Shown here in pieces: positions 13,601 to 28,096 of a DNA stretch of 64,000 bases. Numbering within the stretch: position 1 is the stretch's first letter; every line of letters starts with the position of its first letter. The stretch spans positions 39,618,001 to 39,682,000 of the forward strand of contig CM022670.1 of NCBI GenBank assembly GCA_012295275.1, in the 5' to 3' direction. The notes under the pieces are model-generated. The model saw only the letters and a list, made by a program, of their open reading frames with translations, made no database searches and was not told the DNA's origin. Origin of the DNA: Chrysomallon squamiferum. Its lineage: Eukaryota; Animalia; Mollusca. The position numbers and the translations under genes were made by a program.

Positions 13601-15942
13601 AGCGTAATGAAGCAATATTTTTGTGCATTAATTTGTTTTATCGTCTGAAGTGATACGTCACCCATGTTTAGGAATATGTCGTCGTCCTCTTTGTTCTCAT
13701 AGGAGAGGATTGATAACTAATTTGCAGCAGAAACTGTTAATTTTAATTAAAGTTTATTACTTCTTTTTTTTAACACCTGCATGTATATATATATATCGGG
13801 TGATATTAACAGCAGATATTAATGAATGTGACGTTATTGTCATTATTGTTCAGCTGTATGTAAATAAGAAGAATATGACGTCACTAACGCTGTTGAGTAA
13901 GATTACTACTGTTGTGCTGATCCTGAAGAATAGAATTCTCCTCTGTAATAACAATAATAATAATAATAATGACAATAACAACACCTCTAGCAACAACTAC
14001 AAATATAATAATAAGACAGGTAGACTATATTGTAGGTAGACATTGGATATTTACCAAAACAGTTTTTCATGAAAACAATTAATAATTTTTCTAAAATTAA
14101 CATAAAACGTAAACATTAAAAGATCTCTACGTTTAACACATTAACCTGTCCCATCATTACTCAAAAACAGTTACATACACACATATATACATACATACAT
14201 ACATACATACATACATACATACATACATACATACATACATACATACATACAACACCACTTAGCATTTAAACAACAACAACTTACACACCCGCACCAAAAA
14301 CAAACAACACGATGCCATCAAGGACGGATGTTTTTTCCGGTGAGTGTTTTATTTACTGTCAAAAAAGATAATAGGAAAGTTAAAGGACGTGGTGATGTGG
14401 AAACCACGTTGCTCACTGGTCAGACGACGTTGCCTCGGGTCGGTTGACACGACTGGCGAGCTGGCCTCGCAGCAACAACGTCAGCCACAGGAGGCTTTAT
14501 TAAAATATTATTAACGGCTGTTTAGGGAAATAGATTATTGATTTGATCACTGGAACTCTCACCATGTTGAGTAGAAATAACAAAACAAACAAAAAAAATA
14601 GATGTTGTAAATAAACAAGGTTGTAGAATTCGATAGTATTGTTGTCAGTGTGCGTTAATGTCGATGTTTTGAGGTTACGCGTGGGAGATATGGTGATGGT
14701 GGTGGTACCGGTTTATACGTGTGTGTGTGTGTGTGTGTGTGTGCGTGCGTGTGTGTGTGCGTTGAGGGATTACTTGAGTAATTTTTATATTAGTTATAAC
14801 TAAATCGATTAACGATTTTATTATTACAGACTTTTTTTTCTTATTACACATACTTGAATCTCGACACGTATATAGATTTCGTGTTTCTGCTCATAAAAGA
14901 AGCCAGCTCAGATCATGATTTTAAATCCGGTACGATCAACTGTGAGTTATTTCCTTTTTCAAAATTAGATTAACACGCGCCAAGACCATACAAACTCTTG
15001 GGTTTATAGGATCTTATTAATGATGACGAACGATTTACAGGATGTCATCGTTTTTTGCCACATAAAGCCGCGGATTCCTAGGATCTGTGGACGTGTAATC
15101 AAACCCCTAATATTTACAGGAACAGTCGAATTTTATTAACTATACAAGTCTTACGTTTCAAATGTTATTAAAAGTGTTTATGGTCAATAAAATACTAGAT
15201 CCAAAGTTATACAGTCGAGACGTAGACCTTCTGGACGATATTCAATTCTAAATTAGGGTTCAAACGACCTAACGATGTATAGTCAAGAACTAGCATTTTC
15301 AGGATCTTAGGTTTTATGGTTAAAGATCCCTTCTGATTTATACGATCAAATAATTTATTATCATTCAAGCCTTAGGGTTTTTCAAGACCTAACTGTATAT
15401 GGTCAGTAATACTAGCCTTGGGATTAACAAGCTCTAACCTCATGGGCAAATGACAAGAACTATCAGTTTACTGGTTGTAGGAATTACCCTAACGATTCCA
15501 GTGTGCGTTGGCGCCGGCTAACATCAACATTATTGTACTTCCCGCATTGCTGTAACCATTACTAATGTCTTTTGTTAGCAGCTTCACCTGTTTACTTGTA
15601 AAACCCCCGCCATGACGAGATATCGTATTTGTCATGTTACCCACAGCAGCCCATGTGTGTTTGGACAAAGGTCAATATCTACCAGGCTAGTGTCAGGCTG
15701 AGGTGTTTGGTACTGCAGTCGTACAATTCAGAACAGCTGGTACCATCTTTTGTTTACAGAGAAATTCCATCTACGTTTTCATAATAGAATGTTTTTGTTG
15801 CACTGTAAGCGAGTGGGTGTTGGGTGTGAAGGAGGGTGTGGTACATTTACGGAATTGTTGTGTGTGTAAACTATGATAAGAATTCGTCTTTGTTATTAAA
15901 ATAAACTATCTGTCTCAAAGTCGTTCTGAAACAACAAGCAGA

Positions 15943-16062
<120 letters not shown>

Positions 16063-16172
16063 TTTCTCTATCTATATATATATATATTTATATATATATA
16101 CATCCCTCTATCTGTGTCTCTCTCTTTCTACCTATTCATTAATCTGCCTCTTTTTCACTCTCACGTATCAAC

Positions 16173-16210
<38 letters not shown>

Positions 16211-17131
16211 ACATGCAACTTAATTACACTGTAAGCATACAAGAACGGTCTGTAACAGTAGTTACACTTTATAAACTGATTTTTTTTACCTTTTAATTGC
16301 AAAACAAGTTACAACTTTATGTTTTCTATGAACAAAAGCGCAGACAGATGATTGAGTTCCATTACTTTGTAAGGATGCTTAATAGAATGAATTGTACACT
16401 CACAGAGTTCCACTATTTCTGTTTCTCACTGTTTTTGTATTCATGTACATACGCTGTTTTTCAAATACCTCGTAAACAATTTTTTTAATAAAAAAAAAAA
16501 AAAAAAAAAAAAAAACTTCAAAGGCTTCAAATTGGAAATCACTTTTTAAAACAATTACGTTAAAAGACGAATTTGTATCATGGCATTCTACAAGTGTTTA
16601 TAATGATCTAATTCAGAGTGTCAAACTGACATTCCTATAACAACGCGAAATTTATATTTATTATTAATGTTGTTGTTACTACTACTACTACTACTACTCC
16701 TACTACTACTACTACTACTACTCCTACTACAACTACTACTACTACTACTATTACTACTACAACTACTACTACTACCATTTTACGAAATTTACTTCACTAG
16801 AAACTAAAGCAAGTGATGCTATTTGTTCTAAAAAACCTCACTGGTCTGTCTGTGCACTGATCCTATGGTTTCAGATTACTTACTAATCTCGGCTTTGATC
16901 TGTTTGGAATGTGCACTGAAATACTCCAGTTTCCACCTAACACTGCTCCATTAATGTTCAGTAAAATGTTTACTCGAAAAAATGAGATAACTGCGTGTAT
17001 TTAGTTTTTCTGTAATAATTATGCACATACTTAAAAGAAGGAACAAATGTTTTATTCAACAACCATTCAGTACATTTTAAAGGACGAATATGTGACGTAA
17101 GGTTTACAAACATTCTGACGATTATAACGTA

Positions 17132-17179
<48 letters not shown>

Positions 17180-20100
17180 AAAAAAAACCCACAAAAAACA
17201 CACGAGCACATAAACACATACAGATACAAATACACACACATACATACATATATACAAATATACATACGTACATATATACATACACACACATACATATATA
17301 CATACACACACACATACATACATACATACATACATACATACATACATACATACATACATACATACATACAGACAGACACACATACATATACATACATACG
17401 TAATCAACAATACATACATAATGGTATCAAGACTATTCAACAATAGCATGCAAAGACTATTACGGTGTAGCATGCAAAGTAATACTTCTTTTATGTCATT
17501 ACTGTTACTGAACTATTTCTGTGTTATTACACTAGCTATATTCACTAACAGGGAATCTGCACATTACAGAATGTCTAGAGGTTTTATTAAACCCAGACGT
17601 CTACTTCTCATAAATGCTGAGTTTTTTTCTTCTTCTTCTTTTTCTGAAATACAACTAACGATCTGTTATATGTCGCCAAGTAACCACTTAGAATTTTATC
17701 ACATTTGGCAATACTTGCACAAGTCATATAACTGGGTATCTTTTAAAGATAGATGTTAAATTTAGCCAGACGTTTCTTTTATAGGAAAAAAAAAAAAAAA
17801 TACAGTTTAAAACAGAGGTATATTTTCCTCTGGTTTCACTGAAGCGTTCAAGATGAAGGTATTCCTTTCTTCATTTATGATCATTTGTTATGTGCACTGA
17901 AACAGAAATAATTTGGATTATTATTATATTTTTTTTTTTTATCCAGAAGCATAACTCCTGCCCAGAATGATTAAGTGCCAGATAAGATAACGACGAAAAT
18001 GTTGAACTAGCATATAAACAGGACACGGCGTAAACTTTTAGCATCAGTTTTTTCAGGTAGTAATCTAACCCGAGGTAGATGTGGTATTTCCCTTCTCAGT
18101 ATGAAGGAGGGTGGGGGGTGACTGAAGAAACGCACTGGAAGAAAATGCAACAACATATACTTGGGATATTTTCTTTTGAAATAAGCAAACTATATTTACA
18201 AGGGGACAATGTCTCACGGTGCCATTATTTATTTATTTATCATCATCATCATTTTCATTATTTATTTATCTTCATCATCATCATTATTATTGTTGTTGAT
18301 GTTTTTGTTGTTACTGTTATTGTTATTAGTAGTACTATTTTTATCTACAAGTTAAATTCATCTCATTCATGCTTTCCTGCCCATTTTAAAAAAAAAAAAA
18401 TTATATTATTATTATTTTTTGATTGCTCTCCTAGCTCTTTTATGAATATTATACGAAATACAACATACAACCCTCTACGTTTTGGCCTTGGCAAATGTAA
18501 ACATAAACACATTACACAACGATTACCTTAGTAGTTACGTGTGCACGCTGTGTTTGAATACGAACATCACTGTTACACGGAAACACGTTTTATTACGATA
18601 TATAACACAACTCTGCAATAATTACTTACCATAATTTCTGTTCAGCACAGATACAGTTCTTCTGGGAAACAGTCCCTGACAATGATACGATAATACAGAA
18701 AAAAAAAAAAAAAAAGATAAAGAGTTGAATAACGAATATATTTGTTAAAGGAAATAAAGCGTGTATTGTTATAAAGGATGCAGTTTATCTTTAAAAAATT
18801 ACGTAAAACACGAAATGCATGTTTTGTATTGTTCTCTTTATTCATCAAGGAATTCGATAACCACTGTATCCCATGTTCGCCTGTTTCACTGTTTAAAGTT
18901 TCGAGGAAATAACTAATTCTTGAAACGGATTATTTATATACGTTTATGTGCAATTTATAATACATCTAACAAAACAAAAAAAAAAAATTGTCTTACTTAG
19001 CTATTTCTTTAATACAAGTGTGTGTGTTCTTTGTACTTTGAATACATAAAAACGAAGATGGATATACATGTGAAATAAACAAAATTCTTTGTCTACATCA
19101 GAGGAACTTATTTATGGTCTGTTTGCTCTAACGTAATGGGAATAATAAGACGCTTTACACTGTGCAGCGGAACGACATAGAAAACAGTTTGTATTTTTCT
19201 CAGTGTATTCTCTTTATCGTAGATTGCTGATATGCATGTGAAACTATCAACAAGAATTATCTACTTGTTTTTCAAAACATTTGTAATAGCTACAGTTTTA
19301 ATAACAGCCCATTCATTGTTGATTACTGAATCGTCCTCTTTAGAGGAAACACACCAGACAGGAGAGCACATACCACGTAGTTTGATGTTGAGTAGTGGGT
19401 CACCAAGGTCACAGCGTAAATAAAGTTCGTGTTAGAATTTTTGAGAACTATATAAATCAAAAACATTTCTGTATTTTTGTATTTTGTGGGGTTTTTTATT
19501 TTGTTATTTGTTGTTGTTGTTCTTGTGGGTTGTTCTTTTTTTCTGTTTTTCTTCCTTCATATATATATATATATTTTTTATTTATTTATATATTTTTTTC
19601 TGTGAGAATTAATTTATACATCTATTTCTGTATAGGTTTGAGGAATATCTTGTGGTAAATTAGACACATATACAATGATAGTTTAAACACACACCACGTG
19701 GCGAAATAAATGTGGACTGGTAAAGGTTAGTATTTATCAAACTAATGTCTGTTCCTGGAATGTGAAATAAATATGATCATTTACTGGGTAGGCCTGAATA
19801 TTAAAAACATTCCCAGTGTTTAAGTAAAACTAATCTGTTTCGTTCCTGTGTACAAGTTATTGAGATAAACTTCCAGAATGGTAAAATGTCAGTTGGTGAA
19901 AGCAGGGCGGCATAGATGTTGTGTAAATGATAAATATTTAATTTCCAATATTCTCGTGGTCGTCATATATCAGACTTTCCAGTTAGTCTTCCAATACTGT
20001 TTTATCAAAAAAAAAAAAAAAAAAACGTGTTTTCCAGCTAACGGGAAGGTTCGTATAAAAGATTATTTTTTGTAGTAGATCAGGAAATGTTTTTTTTATT

Positions 20101-22718
20101 TATTTTTATTTTTTTTTTATTTTAATGTTTGACACCTAATAACCATTTATCATGAAATATGAATACAATTATATGACTGTAATCATTATTATTCTACACC
20201 TGAACATTGTACTTGGCAATAACTGTACACAGAACGCTAATGCCGGAACACGTGAATACAAATTCCAAATTAATAATTCATTAATTCATTACTAACGTAG
20301 ATAAATTACACAGTCTTACCTATGTCATCAAGCGCCGTCACTTGACACCGCTAGCGGTAAAGCTGTTCTAAAATAAACTACTACATTTAGTAACATCATC
20401 TTTGCTCTTTCCCTGGGGACTTATCTATCACAGACACGAAAAACTACACGCACAGATTGCGATCTAGTCTGACTTTAGCGAACAAAACCAATAAACGAAC
20501 TCCAAAATAACTCGGAGAGGGCCAAACTACACTTTCCTGTCCTTTGGCAATGAAAGTAACGTTCAGACTGCAAACGGAATGACCACGCGAAGATCTGGTC
20601 ACGGAATAACCACTCATTAGTCGACGGCAGATACAAGGTTGGCAGCAGCTTGCTGACTACGGTGCCTCAACGGGTTAACAGCCACGTATAATTTTACATG
20701 ATGTACATCTGGTGTTGTTAAGGTGTATTCTGATCGTACAGTTAGAAAACGTATTGCACCTGTCACCAAGGAACAGTTAACGCTTACAGTTTATGTACAT
20801 GTTTGATCTTTGTTATACTACATGCCAAGCGCCTTGTTTATAATTTTTTATGTATCTCTGTCTGTCCGTCTGACTAACTTGTTCTATTAATTTATCTAAC
20901 TACACAGCAACCACGTTCCTGTATACTTTACCTTTCTGTCTGATTGAGTGACTACCTTCCTACCTACCTAACATCTGTATGTCCCTCTGTCTATCTATTT
21001 ACCTGTCTCTCTATTTAACTGTCTGTCTGTCTGTCAGTCTATCTGTATTTCTGATTGTTTGCAAGCCAATCTATCTGACACACATCTTTCTCGTTCTTAT
21101 CTCCATCCCTTCTTCGTTTCTAATCCCACGATTCCTGACATAATCACGCTCACACGATTTTTCAATGACTTAACAAATTGACACGAACTTGATTCAGCCT
21201 GTTTGGATTGAGTGCGTGCATCTGTTATGCTTGATGTGTATTCTGTTCGTAGATGTTAGAACAGTTTTTACACCTCTCGGCAAGGAGCAGTTATCTTCTA
21301 CAAAGTGTTTACAATAAGATGCTGTGTTGAACGAGGCGGGTCCTCTGTAAACACTTTAATTCAGCAGGGTTTAATTACAGCTTTTATCTTATCTCAGTGG
21401 ATAAGACGTCTTCTTTCTCATTTGTTTGTATCTGATTTGTGAATTTTTATAAGTCATTATACATTTAAATGAAAAAACAAAGTCTGGAAGCGCTCCGTCT
21501 GTGTGTGTGTGTGTGTGTCTCTCTCTCTGTCTCTCTCTCTTATGAATATGTTTGTGAATTTAAATCTAATTTTTTTTTATCAATATGTTTGTGAATTTAA
21601 ATCTAATACTATGTGGAAGCCAAAACCATATTAATGAAGCAACTTTCATTTTATCGACTTTTCGAAATCAACATTAATATTAATTTTGACAAACTGATTC
21701 GCAAACTAAATCACGTTTGCTGGTAGCGCAGTCGGTGAACATTTCGAAATCTCAAAATGCACGTCATGTCGGAATAACGCGCATTCGAATGCTTTAGTCC
21801 TTCAGCAAACCTCTGACCTGCGATTCCACAGACTCGGTTTTTAATTACAGTGTTAATAACGAGGTCGCTCATTCTGCACGAGCACTTCGTGTTACACAGG
21901 ATACACTGGTCTCAGGAGATGATTCATTGTGTCAGCGACTAACTCAGATTAGCAGCATTAGGGATGCACCAATGACGACCAATGTGCATGATGAGGTTTC
22001 AATTCATTTAGAAATTGATTGGACGAATATTGGGGGTACGGTTTCAGTATTTGTACTTTACCCCCAACACTTCCAATCTGGAAATTAATACAGGAACATG
22101 GAAAGCAGTATTACAATATTCTATTTCATCATCCAGGCCCTTTTCAGAAGTTAAAAGACGAGCTTGGGAAGGGCTGTTGCAATTTTCTGTTTTAAACCGC
22201 CTCATTCAAATTTAGAAATGAATTCAAGAATACAGAACTATTTTACAATATTCATTTTAGCTGTTCTGCCATTCAGAAATTAGTATAACTAAAGAACTGT
22301 GTTCCACTGTCACAATAATTTGTTGTATCAGCCAACACAGGCTCCCTTCAGTTTAGAAATGTATAACGTACGGGCACCTTTGTGATATTCTGCTTAACCC
22401 AACCATCTGATATGATAACAGGTTATGTATCAATGTATCTATCTGCCTGAAAGTATTTCTGTGTCTCTGCCGATCTGTATTTTTCTCTGCTGTCTCTTTA
22501 TCTAAATCACCAATCTCTTCTCAGACATATACTCTCTTTCTTTCTCTTATACGTATACATTCAAACATTAAGATATACTTACACAGACAGACAGACAGAC
22601 GGACAGCTAGACATATAGACAGACAGACACACAAACATATACATACATATATACACATATTCATACATACATACACATATTCATACATACATATTCATAC
22701 ATATATAGACATTCATAT

Positions 22719-22749
<31 letters not shown>

Positions 22750-23653
22750 CTCACACACATTAAAACACATTTACATATATACATATACACACATACATAC
22801 ATACATATATATAATATTTATTCAGAGAGAAAGTGAAAAAGAGAAATAGAAAAAAAATAGAGAGATGGATGGCATCTTTAACTGGAAGACAGAGAGGCAC
22901 AGTTCTGTATTTTCGGACTTCACGTAATAAGATCAGTTCATTACTTCTGTCTGTTGTGTAATTTCCTTACATTAGTCTAGAATTACCAGACACGAAATAT
23001 AATTCACTATTCTTTACATTTTCTACACAAAATAACATGACATTATCACACACTTGTCCGACATAGTTTCAAAGAAGGTCAAAATAATTTGCGTATAGTT
23101 ATTTATTTGTTTGAAATAAAAAAATATCTTTAATTCGAATGTTGTAACAGATGTCGTCAAACGCAGTCATTGGAACTGAATAATTTTTCCGTCCAACTTG
23201 CAGTCATTTTAAAATTAATGAATAAAGTGGATTTAACGAGAACTCAACACGTTTTAAAAATCAATAGTTATTAGATGTCAATCATGTTTCGCTGCTTGCA
23301 AAACTGGACGCCTCGGTAAACCGCGGTTTTCCCTTGACAAAAACGTTGGATTTGAAAAATAATTGACTTTTTAAAACGAACGCTTCTATATAAATATAAT
23401 GATACAAAATGATATAAAAGTTCGCAAGGACTGTTGCATAAAAGTAATCAATTTGGAATCCAGGTTAAATAAATCATGATCGAAATAAAAGTGACATCTG
23501 ACAGCAGACGACACATCGAAAACGCGAACTCTCATTCACTCTCTTTCTCTCTCTGTCTGTCTTTTTTAACTTCTAGAAGCGCCGCAGAACTGAAGAGCTT
23601 AAATAAATGATTAACATCTGTTTTCACAGCAGTGTACTAAAAGTCACACTTAC

Positions 23654-23870
23654 CTGCAGACTTTCAACAACAAATTCTTTAAGAAATTCTCGTAGTTCGC
23701 TTCTGGTCTGTTTCGGTTGATATTCCCTGTCTATTTTCCGCCGGCTATTAAGCAAGCACCATATGACCATTGCATTGCTGGTGAGACCGTCGGAGATCGG
23801 CAGAACCAATCACCAATAAGCGAATGACTGCTGCCAACACATAACAGAACACAGAACGTGTTTTATAAAC
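23654..23870 (-). promoter_or_regulatory. Candidate core promoter and non-coding first exon of gene A
   Basis: On the - strand: TATAAAA at 23867-23861, Inr-like GCAGTC/TCATTC at about 23831-23822, and consensus donor CAG|GTAAGT at 23653. Non-repetitive, CpG-containing stretch. Confidence 0.4.
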
Positions 23871-26800
23871 ACGAGAGATCTGTTGACTCAGTGTAGAGGT
23901 AAGTCGGCGTTTCACAAAGAACTTTTGTGTTTAGGTCGCTTCCTTTGATCGCGTCGAGCTAGGTATAAATAATACAGTCAGAATTTCATACAATACGAAC
24001 AGAATAATCTAATATAATCTGTTGTTGTTGTTTTTCTTTGTGTTTGGGGGGGGGGGTGGATAAATGTTTGTGTGTGTGTGTGTGTGTTGTACCTTCTTTT
24101 TTCTTTCTGTCTTTTTTTTTCTTTTTCTTTCTAATTGGCTTTACAATTTTTTTTTTTTTTTTTTTTTTTTTTTCGGAACTTGGTAAAGGGTGGTTGGATG
24201 ATATTTACGTTTAATAATATTTTAAATTATTATAATAGAGGTTTTACTTCTGTTGAAAACAAAAGAAAAACTGAAATGAACACCACATGTTTTCTCTTCA
24301 GATAATAGATGTAAGACATTTACAGAAATCTGGATAAAAAAAAAATCCCCAAAATAATGGGAAACTTCTCTCTTATCATTTGTAAAATATTAAAAGATAA
24401 TGTACAAACGCTTAGGTTAATCCATGACTAAAACATGCAATTATTTAAAATCGTTGTACGTAAATTAAGTTAGGTAGCAGTCTATTAAGTATTTATGATA
24501 TATGATATGGTAAGAGAGAAGAATAAAGAATGGGGGGAAAGGAACAGAGAGAAAGAAGAACGAAGTAAAGATAGGGGAGGATGAAGAAAGACAGAAGAAA
24601 AAATAGAAAAAAGGAAAGAAAGAGAAGGATGAAGGAAGGAAAGAAAGAATAAATGAAAAAACCATGAAAGAGAAGGAACGAAAGAAGGAATGGATGAGAG
24701 GAAAAATAAACCTAGCACTAAATAACAAGCAACATCTTAATAAATATTATAATCGAATGCCTGGACAATTTACATTATTAATATTTTATCAATTAGGTTT
24801 GAATTTTTAATATCAGTTGGCTAATGAAGCCTGACTGAAATTATTTGATGACGTCAAACAGCTTCTGTTTCATGTAATATCCTTTCTAACTTCGTCAGTT
24901 TTTGAACACTTGTTTGTAAAATGTGTTTTATAATTTATTTTCTGAAATGAAAGGATGAGGAAATGTAAAAGTCTTTATTTTATTTCAGCCCCGATTTGCA
25001 CAAAGACGAACGTATTCGTTATGTATGAAATAGACTTCGTAACAGATATTCATATTTCTGTTCTCTTTTGATCGTTCTTTCATTTCTTCTCTTCTTCAAT
25101 TTTTTATTTTTATTTTTATTATTATTATTATTATTTTTTTTTTTTTTTTAGGTTTTTATCTTTATATTAATTTTTGTTTGGTTTATTTGTCGATTTTTTA
25201 TTATTGTATGTTCGCTCTTTCGTTCTTTTATTAATTATTTGTTTGATTTTTTTCTTTCTTTCTTGTTTATTTATAATATATATTTTTTAATTTCAATATA
25301 GATTCATAAAAAACTTTCTCGCTTGAATTGAACACAGACTTGAAAATAACTTATTTTTCCATCAGTTTATTAACAAGTGAATATTTTATCCTTATTTCGT
25401 GCGTTTTTGTCCTTTATGAGCAAGCTTACGAGTGATATCTAGAGCAATACACGTATAAAAAGATATGTTTGTGGTTACATGGATAGCTACATGAGGCTGA
25501 ACTTATTTCTAATTTAAAAATTAGTTCAACATAACAGATGGAGAGATTCATTTTAGAAACTTTTAGATGAGTTAGTTTATATCTAAGAACGTTTGATGTC
25601 CGTTTTAAGATAACTTTATAAATGCGTGTCTTATATTGGTGACCTGTTTACTTGTACGGTAAAATGTTTCATTTTAAATTGAAGCTTACGACAAAAATGT
25701 TAAAATATGAGGAAAAAAATCAAAGATATTATTGTACACGTATTTATTTGCTATATACTTTATTAACAAAAACGTCATTGGCAGTTTTTATCATCATCAT
25801 CATCAACATTATCATCATCATCATCATTATTATTATTATCATTTATTGTAATCATCATTATCATTATTATTATTACATCATAATTATTAATATCATTTAT
25901 TATCATCATCACCATTACTATCATTCATTATCATCATCATCAACATTATCATCATCATCATTAATATTATTACATCATAATTATTAATATCATTTATTAT
26001 CATCATCACCATTACTATCATTCATTATCATCATCATCATTATTAGTATATTATTATTATTATTATCATTTATCATCATTGTCATTATCATCATCATCAT
26101 CATCATCATTATTATAATTATTATTTGTAAAGGGATATAACAGTTTTATTTTATGTTTTGTATTCATCTAATAAACACGACATGCTGTGGTTAGATTTTT
26201 CTCAAACTGAATAAAAGTAATAACACAGATTCTTGTTCTTCTGCGCCTGAAAAAAAAAAAAAAAATACCTGCTGGCTTTGATCTCACCTGACAACGGAAA
26301 TTGCTTCCTCGAATACCTTTGTGTTGAGACTGTTCATCATTTGTTGTTACCATAATTAGGAAACAAAAGATGGACGAGTGTGGATGTGAGGGTAAACAGA
26401 TGATAGGCGTGATTGTCAATGAACTACGAGTTTGTAAAGTAGTCGAAATATACACAGTTATAACAACTATCAGTTCAAATATAGATATATGTATGTATGT
26501 ATGTATGTATATGTATATGTGTGTGTGTATATATTTACATTATATTATTATATTATATTCATACATACATACATACATAACTAGTATTATGTTTTTATAT
26601 GTAGATGTGTATGTGTGTATGTTTGTATGTGTGTATATATGTATGCATATGTGTATATGTGTGTATATATTTATATTTATATTATATCATATTATATTCA
26701 TACAAACATACATACATACATACATACATACATACATACATACACACATACATATGCACACACACACACATATATATATACACACACATACATACCCACA

Positions 26801-28032
26801 AACGAACATACATATACCTACCTACCTACAAACATACATACATACATACGTATATACATACATATATGCACTGTACATTTTAATTAAAATTTCATTAAAT
26901 GATTCATATACAGGATTCTCTTTGATACTGTCTGTCTCTGTTTTTTGTTTGTTTGTATATCTCTCACTCTTTCTGTTTTACCTGTCTGTCTATCTGTCAA
27001 TATATCAATAAGCAAATGTACTGAATGTGCGCAAAGGCGTATCTAGCTAGTGAATTTTTAAGTAATCTGTTAGTGGTTTGCAGTTGTTGTAGCAATCGTT
27101 CACACCGTATCTGAAACCAGTTCACAGAAACGTAACACCTCGTCCTCTTTTGACAGTTCCGTGAATATCAGAGGTGTTCAACACCCACCCACCCACACAC
27201 ACACATACATACACAAAACACATATACACACATATACACACGTACATACGTACGTACGTACACGAACAAATGCAAATGAATCCCCAATTCAGTTAATTCT
27301 CTAAAAAAAAATAAAAAAAAAAATGGCGTACGAAATTAAGCAAAACAAGGGGAATAACCCAAATGTCTTGCGACCTTTTTAAAAAACTGACTAAAGAAAA
27401 AAAAGAAAGAAAAATATATTATAGACACATTGTTTTCCAGTTGCCATTGAAATCAAAATTAACGTAGGCGGTTTTTATTTGGCAAAAACCTTAATTTTCT
27501 TAACAAATACGAAAGAAAAGGAACTGAGGATACATTTTCATTTGTTAAAAGGAATCAGACGCTGTTTATGGTAGCTGGTGAAGAAAGACACTAAACAGTC
27601 ACGGATTCTGAGTGAAATCGTTTGAAGCTATCACAGTAAATTATGTTACTGGTGTCATTTGGCAAACTGACGATTACTGTATTCGATACAGGAAAATCAA
27701 ATTCTAAAACCTTATTCTTCACTCAATAAGCCACTGAAAATTTTCAATTTCTGACATCGCTTAATAACGTGCTTGCTTCCACAGTTCTGTTCTTAAATGT
27801 AAAGAAAAAATAAATAAATATTTGTACTATATATATATATATATATATAATACTAGAAAAAGTTTTGTTTTTTTGAAACTAAAAAAACAAGAATGTTTTT
27901 TTCTAGCCAGTGATTTTTATGTACACAAACAGTAGGTTTATATCACTATGCATGGTATAAGCAGATATGGTATGATTTGACTTTTAATACGTTCGTCTTC
28001 GATTTAATTAACATTAACAGCAGTAGAACTTT

Positions 28033-28096
<64 letters not shown>

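Noticed and set aside
21721-21795. tRNA/SINE-like A-box (TAGCGCAGTCGGT) with downstream TTCGAAT
   Set aside because: B-box is degenerate and no cloverleaf can be formed.
21959-22380. Possible hAT element starting TAGGGATGCAC, and a CAGGGGCCGATC-type end near 46857
   Set aside because: Only single short terminus-like words, with no matching TIR or 8-bp TSD found.
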